A stretch of DNA of 63,989 bases, filler included, from Dimargaris cristalligena (GCA_003614675.1; 3 parts of 3 records of this genome joined end to end with filler, not necessarily neighbours in it); one strand, 5' to 3'. Shown: positions 12,083 to 24,600, numbered from the whole stretch's first letter. Numbers and translations: made by a program. Notes: generated by a model not told the origin, from the sequence alone.

Positions 12083-12986
12083 CTAGAATACGACCTTGTT
12101 CATATCCTTATCGTCGTCGATTTTGAATCGAAGGGCGGCCGATTGACCTGAATTTTTGCCAGGGAACACTACGACGTCATCGGTTAGCTAGAAACCCCGC
12201 CCCGCCATCCAGTAGTCGGTGGTCAGCGGCCAAATAATACAACCCAGTAAGTAAATAAAGGACGTTAGGGTTAAACATGGTTTCTCGGCCCATCATTCAT
12301 ACATAGATACCTTGGCTTGGGTATGCGTTCCGGTCAGGTAGTCAATCCATGACCCCCGCTGCAATGCCCCCGCCCTACGCTTTGGTCCTCTTACTCAACA
12401 TTGGACAACTTACCACCGTGACATAAAAATCCGCCGTTGAGACAGCATTGTATTTGACCGCCGTGCGGCACCCTGATAGCACCGGTACCTCAATGGGATC
12501 GCCGGCCTTAAAATAGCCGTAGATGTCGCCCAATTGCGGGGCATTCAACCCATTCATGGGCTTGTTGTTCCGAATAGGTGGTTCGCCGCGGGCTTCGGCG
12601 ATATACACGGTGACGTTCCCCCCCAGCGTCGCAGGTGGCAGTTTTAAATAACAGCTCTGGACTATGGGAGTATCGAAAATGGGAGGCACGGGAAACGACA
12701 AGAGGGTCACCACGTTACTCTTCTGCTCCTTGGCCACATAGAATGATTCGCTCGTGTCGAAAACACACCGCCGACAGTCCGGGGCTTTGGAACAGTCGAG
12801 AGGGCACTGGCCTTGGTCGTTGGTGGCAGCACTAAGGCCAAAGCTGACTTCGTGGATGGGTTTGATTTGACTGAGACTATTGTCGTTAATGATCAGTTGG
12901 CTTCGGCAACACGGCAGAAACGAGCTCCACACCAGTGTGCCTATAATGAGGCACGCATAGAGTCGGTTGGTAGTAGATTGGACCAT
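12083..12986 (-). CDS. Secreted Cys-containing protein, CBM96/DNRLRE-like family (paralog 2), 2 exons
   Basis: Signal peptide; CPLDC..DCRRC, LLSFPVP, SCYLKLP, NGLNAP, YGYF, VPVLSGCR. Donor GTAAGT at 12413; exon 2 (12187-12083) reads LTDDVVVFPGKNSGQSAALRFKI...VVF*. Confidence 0.78.
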
Positions 12987-13661
12987 GGCCAAGGTAGAGG
13001 AGGCTGCAGGGCCTTTTTGCGGGAAAGGGCGTGTCCTGAAAATTGGATAAGGACGTTTTGGAAAAGGCTTAATCGGGGTATTTAACGCCGGGGAAATTGA
13101 ATTAGGAAATAGTGACCGTGAGCCAGCCTATAATTGTCAATAAATGACGCTGGTCATGAAATATAACAGGTTTAAATGTGGAATTACAAGTAACGGAAAG
13201 TTCATTGAGCCGTACCATCGAATATAGTCGTAATTAGTGAATTAATGAACTGGAGTGTAGCACAAAACGGTATGCAGTCCTGGTGTATACTGCTCCCGAC
13301 CATGCCTTCCCCCCTCGGCCTAATTCGTCTGAAACCTAATCCATTTTTGTAGTTGAACCATAGCATCCCAATCCCAAGTCTGACTTTAATTTGAGAGTTG
13401 CTTTGATTGGGACGATATGAAACATACGAATAGAGAGGGGTCAAACACGAACTAGGCCTGCCACTATACAAGGGAGCATGTCTGTCCCATTCGGCCAGTG
13501 GATACTGGTCCAGTGTGGCAGGTTAGTATGTCATTGTTAATTAAGGACCCTCCTGCGTTTCTCCGACTCCAAGTGGAATAGGTGACCAGCTAAACCAGCC
13601 TGTCATCTCCGAATGGTGGTTTTTATTATCGGGGTCCAGCCCATTAATCCATGCGAGAACC

Positions 13662-13989
13662 ATGTGGGAAAGGTTCAACCAGACTGTATAATGATAAATC
13701 CGTTGGATGAGGCAAAAACCACTGGTTAATAATGGATCTCTCGTATACTTTCCCATACGCGTAGTATCCAAAACCTTATACATCTGCACTGAATTCCACC
13801 CATGTGTATTTATTAGCAGCTGGGATGGAGTGTGGGTGGTTATGCATATGGGTGAACTTCAACCCAACTGTATAAGATTTTACACAATATATGTATGGGA
13901 TAATATGTGGGAGAATAACTTTTGACCAGTAATATTTACCTCATCAAATGGGTTATTCGTTATACAGCCTGGATGAACTTCTGCCATAT
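13662..13989. mobile_element. Inverted pair of ~144-bp MITE-like units (fold-back, ~40-bp spacer)
   Basis: 13662-13805 aligns to the reverse complement of 13846-13989. Each unit has its own ~30-bp imperfect TIR (approx. ATATGGGWGARRTTCAACCAGCTGTATAA). Confidence 0.85.
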
Positions 13990-14571
13990 TGAGAAGGCGG
14001 TAGCTTATCCCAGCTTATAGGCCGAATTGGAGTAAAGTGACAGTCAGAGTTAGCATGTCACCTTGGCTATTTTTTTACCCAGTCTAACCGCCGTACAAGC
14101 CCTTTCACCAGGGAAGTGATAGGTCGAAAGCGAAGCCAAGAGGGTCATAAGGGGGTGGTCCAGTTCGCCCAAGGACAATTGGTCCTGGGGAGCGGGGAGA
14201 ATAGGTATAAAAAGAGCCTGTCAAACTCCCAGCCAAGCCCACCGGTATACTTCAATGGAGCCGAGGTAGCCCCCCTCCCAGTGGTGGTGGTGCGTCGTTG
14301 TGACCTTTGGAACACTCGTTGGAGGAGCCCAACCACTACGTGGCTATTACCAGTCGGGACTTCAATCCTGCCCCATAGTTACTTTCATTCTAGATGCTTA
14401 TTCCTTTCATCTGTCTCGGCAGTTGCCCTATGTAACCTCCCTTATCCTGGCTTGCAATTCATTTTCCCTTATTTCCCACTTTCGTCTTTCATCCCTCGCT
14501 CGCCCGTTGCCCCAACCCCCATTCATCCAACTCTACACACTCCTTACACCAATCCCTTTCCATCTACCATA

Positions 14572-17500
14572 ATGAGCTGGCAAAAGAAGGACAAGGACAT
14601 CGGTAAGTACCGCCCACTGCCTATACCCTCGCAGCCTTCAGCGACCTAGGGCCCATCTGCCCCATAAACACCCGTCTCAACCTGCACTCTCGACTAACCC
14701 ATATTCCCATGCTGATTTGGTCCCATTCGATGCCTCTATTAACCATGCGCCGCCAGATGAAGGTGGGATTCCCTTCCACCTGGACAAGTCCGCCGTCCTC
14801 CAGGAGGCCCGTATATTCAACGCCACCCCCATTATGCCGCGCAAGTGCCGAATTCTCCTGGCCAAAATCATTTACTTGCTCTACCAGGGTGAAACCCTCG
14901 GCACTGTCGAAGCTACCGAGCTGTTTTTTAGCATTACCAAACTTTTCCAGAACAAGGACATGTCCCTCCGCCAGATGGTGTACCTGGTCATCAAAGAATT
15001 ATCCACCATCAGCGAAGATGTCATCATGGTCACCTCCAGCTTGATGCGCGATATGCAGCCCAAGTCCGACGTTATCTACCGCGGCAACGCCATCCGCGCC
15101 CTGTGCAAGATCACCGATGTGTCCATGCTACCCGGTATCGAACGGTTCCTCAAGGCCGCCATTGTGGAAAAAAATGCCGCCATCTCCTCCGCCTCCCTCA
15201 TGTCGAGCTACCACTTGTTCTGGCAGGCCAAGGACTTGATCCGCCGCTGGGGTAACGAGGTCCAGGAGGCCCTTAACTCTAAGGGGGGCTCCTCCAGCGG
15301 AGGGTTCTTCTCCGGCTCCGCTTCGTCGAGCCCCGCGGCGGTGGCCGCCGCCGCCGCTTCGCACAGCACCATGGTCCAGTACCACGCTATGGGGTTGATG
15401 TACGCCATTCGTCAACATGACCGTATGGCCGTGGCGAAACTGGTGCAAGGGTTCACGTCCGGCAACAGCGGAGGCAGTCGCGGCTTCTTCGGGGGCAGCT
15501 CCGGCTCAGTGATTCGCAACAACATGGCCCACTGCCTGCTCATCCGGTACGCCTGCCAGGTCATGGAAAACGACGTTAGCGTGGACCGCCAGCTGTATGA
15601 CCTGCTCGAGGGCTGGATCCGCCACCGCAGTGATATGGTCAGTCTGGAGGCCATCCGGTCCCTGTGCGCCCTACCCGGGATTACCGACAAGGACCTGGCT
15701 TCCTCGGTTGCCGCTCTGCAGCTCTTCCTCGCCTCGCCCAAGTCGACCATCCGCTTCGCCGCCATCCGTACGCTCAACCAGCTGGCCGCCGCCCACCCGC
15801 AGGCCGTGGGTGCCTGTAACATCGACATGGAAGGGCTCATCACCGACTCCAACCGTAGTGTGGCCACCTTTGCCATCACCACCCTGCTCAAGACTGGTAA
15901 CGAAGCCTCGGTGGACCGCCTCATTAAGCAAATCGCCGGGTTCATGAGCGAAATATCCAACGAATTCAAGGTCATCGTCATGGAAGCCATCCGGTCGCTG
16001 GCCCTCAAGTTCCCTTCCAAGCATCCGACCATGTTGACCTTCCTGTCCAATGTGCTCCGCGATGAAGGCAGCTACGAATGCAAGAAGGCAGTGGTCGACG
16101 CCATGTTGGACATGGTGCGCGAAATCCCCGACTGTAAGGAAGTGGCCCTATCGCATCTGTGCGAGTTTATCGAGGACTGTGAGTTCCATAAGTTGTCCGT
16201 CCGGGTCCTCCACCTGTTGGGTGAGGAGGGGCCGACCACTGTCACCCCGTCCATTTACATTCGCCACATCTACAACCGTGTTATTCTCGAAAAATCCGTG
16301 GTGCGTGCCGCCGCGGTCAACGCCCTCACCAAGTTCGCCGTCAATGTCAACGACCCCGCCCTACAGGGCAGTATCCGTATTCTGCTGCGCCGCTGCCTGG
16401 AGGACCGCGACGATGAGGTGCGGGACCGGGCCACCTGGGCCCTGCGGGTGTGTGATAACGCCCAGGCGTCCGAAAAATACATCAAGGACACGTCCAGCTA
16501 CGACTGGGAGACCCTCGAAGGCAAGCTGTACCAGTACTGCGCCGACCCGCAGGCGGCTCAGGCCGGCCCGTTCAATGTGGCCCAGGTGCCCCGGGTGTCC
16601 AAGACCTACGCCGAAGCTATGCGGCAGCGCACGCGGGCCCTCGGATCCGAATTGGAAAACGCCACCCCGCTGCTGCCCGCCCCGGGAACGACGGGTAAGG
16701 ATGGTAGCGGTGCGATGGGCCGGGACGGTACCAAGAAGAGTAGTGGCGGCGTCGGCGGCCACCCCGCGTCCACTGAAGATAGTGCCTCGGCCGCCTTCAA
16801 GCGCCAAGAACTCTACGCCCAGGAACTCAAGGCCATCCCTGAATTCAGCGGGTTCGGCCCCTTGTTGGTGAGCTCAAGCAAGCCCTGCGAACTTACCGAA
16901 GCCGAAACCGAATACGTGGTCCAGGGGGTCAAGCATCTTTTCCGGGGCCATGTGGTCTTCCAGTTCGACTGCACGAACACCATTCCCGACCAGCTGTTGG
17001 AAAATGCGTTTGTGATTATGGCTGGTATGGAGGATGATTTGGAGGAAGTGGCCACGGTACCTGCGCCGGCCCTGGCCTGCAACCAAACTTCGGCCACCTA
17101 CGTGGCCTTTGCCAAACTGGGCCTAGATGAGGGTGCCGATGAATCGGCCGCTCTGCAACCGATTGTCGGCAGTTATAATACCACGCTGAAATTCATGGTC
17201 AAGGACTGTGATCCCAACACCGGCGAGCCCGACAGCGACGAAGGTTTCGAAGACGAATACGTCCTCGAGGACGTCGAACTGACCCTGGCCGACTGGATGC
17301 AACCCCGTTACCTGGGCGAGCCCCTCAAAGTCTGGGCGGAATTGGAGGGTGCTGCGGAACGCGTCGAAACCTTTGCCCTGTCGGCATTTGTGAACCTCCA
17401 GGACGCACTGGATTCCGTGGCGGAGCTGATGGGCATGTACCCCTGCGATAATACCCACCGGGTGCCCGCTAAGAAAGTGTCCCATACGGCGATTTTTACG

Positions 17501-17646
17501 GCCCTGTACGCCGGGCAAATTAAAACGATCCTGCGGGTGCGGTTGACCATGGCACCCCACCAGGGGGGGGGGGCGTCATGATGGAATTGGCCGTGCGTAG
17601 TCAGAACGAGATTGTCAGCGAAGCGGTGATGGAAGTCGTGGCTTAG
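14572..17646 (+). CDS. SEC21: Coatomer subunit gamma (COPG/Sec21), with an apparent 1-bp frameshift in a G11 run near the 3' end
   Basis: Exon 1 14572-14602 (MSWQKKDKDI), GTAAGT..CAG intron, exon 2 from 14757. Motifs DKSAVLQEARIFN, NRSVATFAITTLLKTG, LCEFIEDCEF, ELTEAETEYVV. The conserved tail GVMMELAVRSQNEIVSEAVMEVVA* resumes in another frame after 17573. Confidence 0.97.
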
Positions 17647-17804
17647 GTTAAGATGAGGGATGAATGGATGGTACATCATTGTAAAGGGTGACTGCGAATG
17701 CCCCCCCCCCCTTCCTGGCCCAGTGGTGTCGAACTATTGAGAGAAAGAGAGAGTACCTTATCACTTTTCTCCTACGCAAATATTATATATTTTCTTACCT
17801 ATAC

Positions 17805-17810
<6 letters not shown>

Positions 17811-17844
<34 letters not shown>
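17811..17844. repeat. (CT)n microsatellite
   Basis: About 17 TC units downstream of gamma-COP; a shorter run lies at ~18108-18125. Confidence 0.9.
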
Positions 17845-17847
<3 letters not shown>

Positions 17848-18225
17848 TTTACGCATTTGGCTGTTTTTTATATTATTATTATATGTTTCTCCCAAACCCA
17901 TGTGAATGCCTATTTTATTTTTTATTTTTCACGCTGATCACTGATGGTTCTTCCTCGTGTTATTATTTGGTGAGGTAACCAGGAAAAGTAGGATTCATTA
18001 GGGCACTGGTGGTCTTCGTTCAATGCAAATATACCAGAATTTATAAAAATTTAGGTTTGTATAAGTTGGGGGTTCAGCAGGTAGATTAGCCTAGAGTGGA
18101 TGGCCCCCTCTCTCTCTCTCTCTCTAAAAAGGCAATACGTTCCTACTTGGTCTTGATGTAAGACTATTATTACCTATGGGAGACCGTGACCTCAAGACAT
18201 TCCCTGTTTAAAGTTGGGAGTATGC

Positions 18226-18369
18226 ATATGGGAGAGGTTCAACTAAGCTGTATAACGAAAAATCCGTTGGATGAAGTGAATATTACTGGTTGAAAATAAA
18301 TCTCCCATATATTACCCCATACATGTATCATTTAAAACCTTATACGGCTGGGCCGCATTTCACCCATAT
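18226..18369 (+). mobile_element. MITE-like ~144-bp unit (full copy)
   Basis: ATATGGGAGAGGTTCAACTAAGCTGTATAA...TTATACGGCTGGGCCGCATTTCACCCATAT; colinear with 13662-13805. Confidence 0.85.
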
Positions 18370-19619
18370 ACTTTAAACAGATTGTGCCTTTGAAACTTGA
18401 TTAGCACTGCCATTCTACCTATTAATTCCGCTGCTAGCCTGTACACCATAAAAAGTATAGTATGTTAATTGCTGTACTGCCATGACCAGGAACGATTTCC
18501 AGCTTCCATGGGAAGAACTGGTTAGCTGCCCTCCATCACATAATGCCAGCATAAGTCAAACAAGCAATTACTGCATTGGATGGTTCTTTGGAAACTGTCA
18601 TTTAGGTGACCAATTGTTTTTCTTATTTCTACTACTTCCACATCATCAGCTTCATATTTCCAGTTGAGTTGGAAGAAATATCTCTTCATACTGAAACCCA
18701 GTAGGCAGTGATGAAGTTTCTTTATCTTTATCCAGTTACTATGAACACCTTGGTGGATCTGATGTGCTTCCACTTTCCATTTTTCCCTAGCAGTTTCCAC
18801 ACAAAGTTCAAACTTGAAGACCAGGCCAGTTTTCCCCTTCATGGTTTTATAGTTACCAGTCCATCTGAGGATGATGTCTGAAAGTTGTAGCATAAGTTTA
18901 GTCTATAACCCCAAATATTTTCATATATATAGTATCCCAGTCAGCCATTAAAATGGCAAGTTATCACTAAGATAAGTATTTATTATTCAGAATAAATATC
19001 TACTGTTAACTTCAACCAGAAGTTGATTTTACATTATTTCTTATTTTATTTTATTTACTTTACTCTGTTTTCACCCAGTTTAATAAGACATAGCCACTGT
19101 GGCTCCTCCAGTACCTAACTCTGATGGCAGGAGCTTAGGATCAATCCATGCAGAACATTTCCCACTGTTGTCACAGTATAGTGGTGTCAAGCCACTAAAA
19201 TAAATAACAAAAATATATCAAAAGGGCAGGGTAGCTTCTCCAGGTGAACTGGTTTGTTACTCAAATGAAAAATATATTAATCAAACTAACTATATGAAGT
19301 TTTTAACCAAAGTAATCCAATATAAAAAATACTTATTTGGAAGCTCAAAAGGTCAGTCCTTGGCAACCATAACTTGAAGTATATAAACCAAATATCCACA
19401 GTAGTTATAGAGGTAGTTATATTATAAAAGAAAGATGAAAGAAAGATGAAATAAAATTGGTACCCAAAATTTAATACAAAGAAATTGACATACAGAAAAA
19501 AAGAGGGGGAAAAGTTATCTCATATATGTAAAAATATGCATACTAATACATGTACCAATCACTCACATGAGTGTGCTAATCACCTGCATGTATGGCCTAA
19601 TTGAGTGCATTGATGGTGC

Positions 19620-19761
19620 ATATGGGTGAAATCCGACCCAGCTGTACAAGGTTTTAAATGATGTGTATGGGAAAATAGGCAGGAGGTTCATTTTTAACCA
19701 GTAATTTTTACCTCATCCAATGGATTTTTCATTATACAGCCTGGTTGAACCTCTCCCATAT
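19620..19761 (-). mobile_element. MITE-like ~142-bp unit (full copy, inverted relative to 18226-18369)
   Basis: ATATGGGTGAAATCCGACCCAGCTGTACAA...TTATACAGCCTGGTTGAACCTCTCCCATAT; colinear with 13846-13989. Confidence 0.85.
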
Positions 19762-20407
19762 TCAATTTAAAAAAATACTACCTTTGGCTCTATAGTAAAA
19801 AATGCCAAGCCATTCACTGTATAGGACTGAGAATTATTAAAACCAATAAGCCTACATTGAACCTGCATAACCAATTGCAGGAAAAATAAGAATTCAGATA
19901 GTAAAACCAATAAAATAAAGGATAGGAATAAAACTAAAGAGCCACTAATAATCATGTATGAATATGTATACCCAATTATATGAAAAGGGTGGATTAACCA
20001 ATAGGAACATAAAAATTTAAAGGGAAAATTCATATGGAAAGAATGGGTTGAAGGGGAAGGGAAAAAAACTAGTTATACCAGAAAAAAAAGCTGCTTCATA
20101 CCCTGCATAATAGTAATAATAATAATGAAATAAGTGTGGCTATAGGGGGATAGTCCACCTTGCCACAGCATGCCCTGCTTAGGTGCAGAGCACTGGGGTG
20201 TGGATAGTGGTGTACCCGGGCTAGATGAAGGTGGGATACTAGGTCCAAAGGAATGAATGGGGAGGCATAACATTGAAGAGAAAGTTTTTAAGTATTTATG
20301 TATTTTTGAGTAAAGAAATAGATTATTAGTTTTTATTTATGATAGTAGTAATCATAAAGGAAATATGAATTATGAAGTAAATATTGTTTTCTATTGCAGG
20401 AAGAGGG

Positions 20408-20992
20408 TGTTGCCTGGGTTATCCACTCTTAGTCCATCAAGAGTCCTAGGGGTAGGCTTCTAATAGGCAGATGGGGCTTAGACTTGCCCATGTGGGTCCT
20501 AGCATTAGGATAGGGCACAGTACTAACTAATAAAGGCTATGAAATACAGGCTCAGGTAAGGGATATACAGGGAGCACACTTACTAGTCAATACAAGGGGA
20601 TGAGCATATATAGTCTTTATTGGGGTAAACTAAGGGGTAAGAATAAGCTAAGGAATCTAATTGGTCCCAATGGGGCCTAGCTATATATGTGTGGGGGATA
20701 ACTCCAGAGGGAGGTCTCTGGGGGAAGGTACTACTAAGATTAATGGTATAATGGATAATCTGGCTAGATGGTCATGAGGACTTGGAAGACTCTGTTGGGA
20801 ACTGGAAGAGTCGTTAGATCAGCATGGGAGTGATTAGTGTAAACTATGGAGTCTGGCAGGGGAATGGTTATATGATAGAGTATGATCCCATAGTACTGGG
20901 GGTGACCATGGGGAGGTTAATAGGGCACTATAAGGCCTAATAAGGGCAGATAATCATTAGGTCTGGATTAGGTCAGTTTAGGGGGGCTGACA
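20408..20992 (-). mobile_element. LTR, same family as 169-691, without matching TSD
   Basis: TGTTGCCTGGGTT...GGGGCTGACA. Shares blocks ACTCTTAGTCCATCAAGAGTCCT, TAAGAATAAGCTAAGGAA and GGCACTATAAGGC with the first copy. Flanks GAGGG and CAGCC differ. Confidence 0.8.
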
Positions 20993-21377
20993 CAGCCTTT
21001 CAATATTGTATTTAGAATCCCCCCTTGGTAAAAAAAAGTACAGTAATTCAGGTCTGCCTTAGCCTAGCATAATTACAAACTATGCAATATATACAAGTGA
21101 CATTCAGTGCAACTGTATTGGACTTTGAATTTAATGATGATGCAATACAATTAAAAAAAATATTCAAGATACCAAAAGAGTGGTACATTTGCAGCCACCA
21201 CAGGGACCAACCCTGGTCACTGAGACAGTCTGGTTCCCTTGGAGCCTGTTGATATAACTAGATCTGTAGTTTAGGCCACAGCATCTGGGTGAAGTTCAAC
21301 CTGGCTATATAGGGTAAAATCCATTTAGGTGGATCATCATGTTCAGGTCACATGACCTTTGGGGGATGGATATAACC

Positions 21378-21477
21378 NNNNNNNNNNNNNNNNNNNNNNN
21401 NNNNNNNNNNNNNNNNNNNNNTTAATTAATTAANNNNNNNNNNNNNNNNNNNNNNNNNNNNNNNNNNNNNNNNNNNN
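21378..21477. other. Artificial contig linker (N44-TTAATTAATTAA-N44)
   Basis: Palindromic six-frame-stop 12-mer centred in exactly 100 positions; identical structure at 42847-42946. Confidence 0.97.
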
Positions 21478-21614
21478 TATTATAGGTCTTATGATTGATC
21501 ACAGGGTCGGGGATCATTTTTCCCTCATTTTTAAAAAAAGTCCCATCGATCTACCTATTTCCCGTTTCGATAAAAAAATAGTCCCGCTACATCAATTGGA
21601 ACTTTCATTCAAAT

Positions 21615-21691
21615 CGTTATATAGCTTGATTGAACTTCTCCCACATGTATTATATAAAACCTTATACAGCTGGTTTGAATTTCACCCAAAT
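21615..21691. mobile_element. Rearranged MITE fragment (two termini fused)
   Basis: CGTTATATAGCTTGATTGAACTTCTCCCACAT followed by AAAACCTTATACAGCTGGTTTGAATTTCACCCAAAT. Another terminal fragment lies at ~21286-21330. Confidence 0.7.
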
Positions 21692-24600
21692 GGTCATGCT
21701 ATTTATCAATCATTCGAAAGCCATAGTTGCCCAGGTTTTTAACTTTGTTTATCAAGAACCCAATAAAGCCATCAATCGGACATCCCTCTAGTTTACCATT
21801 GCGTAACTTAAGACTGTCTATTAACAACGTATACACAAGGCTCCATACGAAACTCCAAACACGGAAGGGGTGAGTAACAAAATATCACATAGTTTTACTA
21901 CTAAAAGGTCCATAGCACCCCGTTGGGGAAATACCATAAAATATGATAGTGTTTATCCCAAAGGCTCAATTAACTCCATAAACCCCGTGCCATTTTCTTG
22001 GTCAAGCATGTCCCGTTGGTTGGTGCCAAATTAACGGGCTAGAGATATTTTCAATGGCTCATCACTCGAGGGCCGCTTTCGAGGATACTAAGTAGGAATC
22101 TGCTAAACCAGGGACGTTCGGCAACTCAGACCTATTAGGTGTCGCGGGAGGGGGGTATCGATATATAAGAAGGGTGTACCATTGTATGGGGTACCACGAT
22201 GGAGTAAGCGTATAAAGTAATGGGCGTAAACATCGGGTATAGGTCGCCATCGTCTCCAAGGGAAACCCAATGAGACACCTTTTTCGGATTACCTGTCCGG
22301 CTGTTCAAGACCCATATGAGCAGTTGATCAGATGGCTCAGATAAATACCATAATTCCCCAAGACATATTTCCTGGTAGTGTTTCTAGATACTCGCTGGAG
22401 CTCCTTGGCGGTCGTAGCTAGGTAATTTATCAACTTAGCCCATGACTCGACTAATAACATCAGTCATCTGATCTTGCCAATGTGACTTCTCCATGTGGCA
22501 CGAGGGAAACACAAAACAGGGAATGGCCTTGGTATCTTTATCTCGCTATACTCGCCATTTGCTCGCATTCCAGCGGTAATTGCATATTTATTTGATACAG
22601 ATGCGATACCCCAAAAGGAAATCTGACGCGTAAAGTCGGTATTGCATCTAAGCACCCTTTAACAATTCCGTAAAGGTGCACATCCGATGATTACTAAGCG
22701 AAACCTACATAGTCACATAATTTACTTTATAAAAATAATGCTCGCTTTCCAAGATCTCTGTCGGGGGTATAATCCCCCCCTCGGCCCCGTGTATCGTTTA
22801 CAGTGGTTATCTATTTTCTTTTGGTGCTACGGCAGCCAAGGACTAGTGGGGCGATGTTTTGGCGCGCCCATGGAGGGAAGTATCCCCCTCCCCCTCCCCA
22901 TACGCGTATAGTTGTGCCCCAAAATAGGAAGGGCAAATCGACACGAGTAGCGACGATTAAATCTGAACCTAAGTTTTCCCCCGCCTTGCCACTCCGAAAT
23001 TCCCGGCGGCGAATAACCCTCAGAATTATTAATAGGTGTTCGGAGAATCTCTGGTTTTTTTGGCCAACCATTGGACATTACTTTATACGCAGCACGAATG
23101 TCCACGGGCCTCTCGAGTTCAAAAGTCACTGTAAGGGCGTGGTGGAGGTATTTTTACCACACCCAATGGACTATCGTCGGAGGGCTTCTCGTTAGGGGGG
23201 GCGGCTCAGCCACAATTGAGTAAGCGAGACTGGTCAGATGGGTTATTTTCCGTGTACTCGTTGTTCATCCATTGAAAAAGGCTCTCCTGTATCGCGTGAT
23301 TCGAAAGAAAAATAATACAGTTACGGCACTTACCTATGGTTTAAATTAATTTAAACCTACCCCCTGCGTAGAAATGGCCACCCGCATTTCACCCCCTTTA
23401 AACACCTGGGCTGGTCACGAGGGTGTGGCAAACCAATGTAAGCTTCACAGGGGGGGGAAGAGGAGGATATGGTGAAGGTAATATAATTTAAATGGGTAAA
23501 AGGGTACATCTGCACGAATAGAATGTCCTTCCAACCGCTACAGGAAGGGGCCAGATTAAAGCCGGCGACGGTTAATACATGAGTAACACTCACAGCACTA
23601 AGAGGGGTGATTATGCCAGGGGTGTTTGAAGGGCCAACCCCACACCCGAGGATCGTGCTTGAGGGAAAAGGTGGAAAAAGGGGGTTAGGGGAGGGGGAAG
23701 GGTTGGGTAATCACTTTGGTTAATATCTCCGACTGAGGAACAATTGTAATTCAGCTTATACTAGTATACTTTAGATGGGCTGTGAAGCCCTTGGCGGTGT
23801 TTTCCAAAGGCCTAATCAATGGTTAGGGATAGTGATGTACTACCCCGGCAACAGTGACTGGCTTCGAATACCAGGCCATGAGCATGATTCCCGACCGTAT
23901 GGTCGAGTATTTCGCCCCCAGCTGGCTTACAGCCTGGTCTATACCATCTGCCTCCCAAATAGACATGATTGCACGTGTTATTATGTTTGGTGTCTTCCCT
24001 CAAAATTAGGTAGGTTGCCATTATATTCCGCTCCCGAACTGCCCAGCCAGCTGCGCGGGTCATGCGGCCAAGACCGGGCGATTCGACTCATGACTGCTTT
24101 ACAGCTATTTCTAGAAGAAATTCTCCGCTATTTACATTCCCATAGCCGGTAATCATGACATTAATTGTAAGGAAGTACATATTCAATCCCAGTGAGTTCA
24201 CATATCTAGTGCCATCTGTTTATTGATAAAGCATAAACACCATGATGTCGACGCAGTATCTATTAAAGTGACCGCAGGGCCGCTATATGACATGATTTCC
24301 TTAGGCAGGGTCAAATGGTTTATTTGTAAAACTGTTTAACCTAGTTTATTCGTACTAAACCGGCCATACTTTGCCTTTGACTGCATTTTCCAAGTCAAAC
24401 TATGGGAGTCAGGCACTTCAGTCGTACTGGGGAGCAGTAATGTCAAGATCAACCGGCGAAGCTCTGGCGAAGCGGTTTAAGGTCGATGTGACCTAATTGT
24501 TGCCAATTGGACCCAATTCCTGGCTGGCCTTGTTGCCATTACAACAACGGAAGAAGCAATCGACGCTACAGAGGGCTTCTACCCCCCCTAAGATATTACC

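Noticed and set aside
14677-17679. Many long overlapping ORFs within gamma-COP (likewise within MMSDH, SAPS, chitin synthase and SF3A2)
   Set aside because: Expected shadows of GC3-rich codon usage; no motifs.
18522-18893. 123-aa ORF between the inverted MITE copies as a transposase
   Set aside because: No DDE, HTH or zinc-finger motif recognisable; lies in mutationally decayed DNA.
20398-20407. Purine run AGGAAGAGGG as a polypurine tract before the LTR
   Set aside because: TATA/polyA order indicates the LTR is minus-oriented, so this run is on the wrong side; no internal domain is recognisable.
21378-21477. TTAATTAATTAA palindrome inside N runs (also at 42891-42902) as a biological motif
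   Set aside because: Identical 100-position synthetic six-frame-stop linker joining contigs. The apparent divergent arrangement of the XRN-like and chitin synthase genes is therefore not real synteny.
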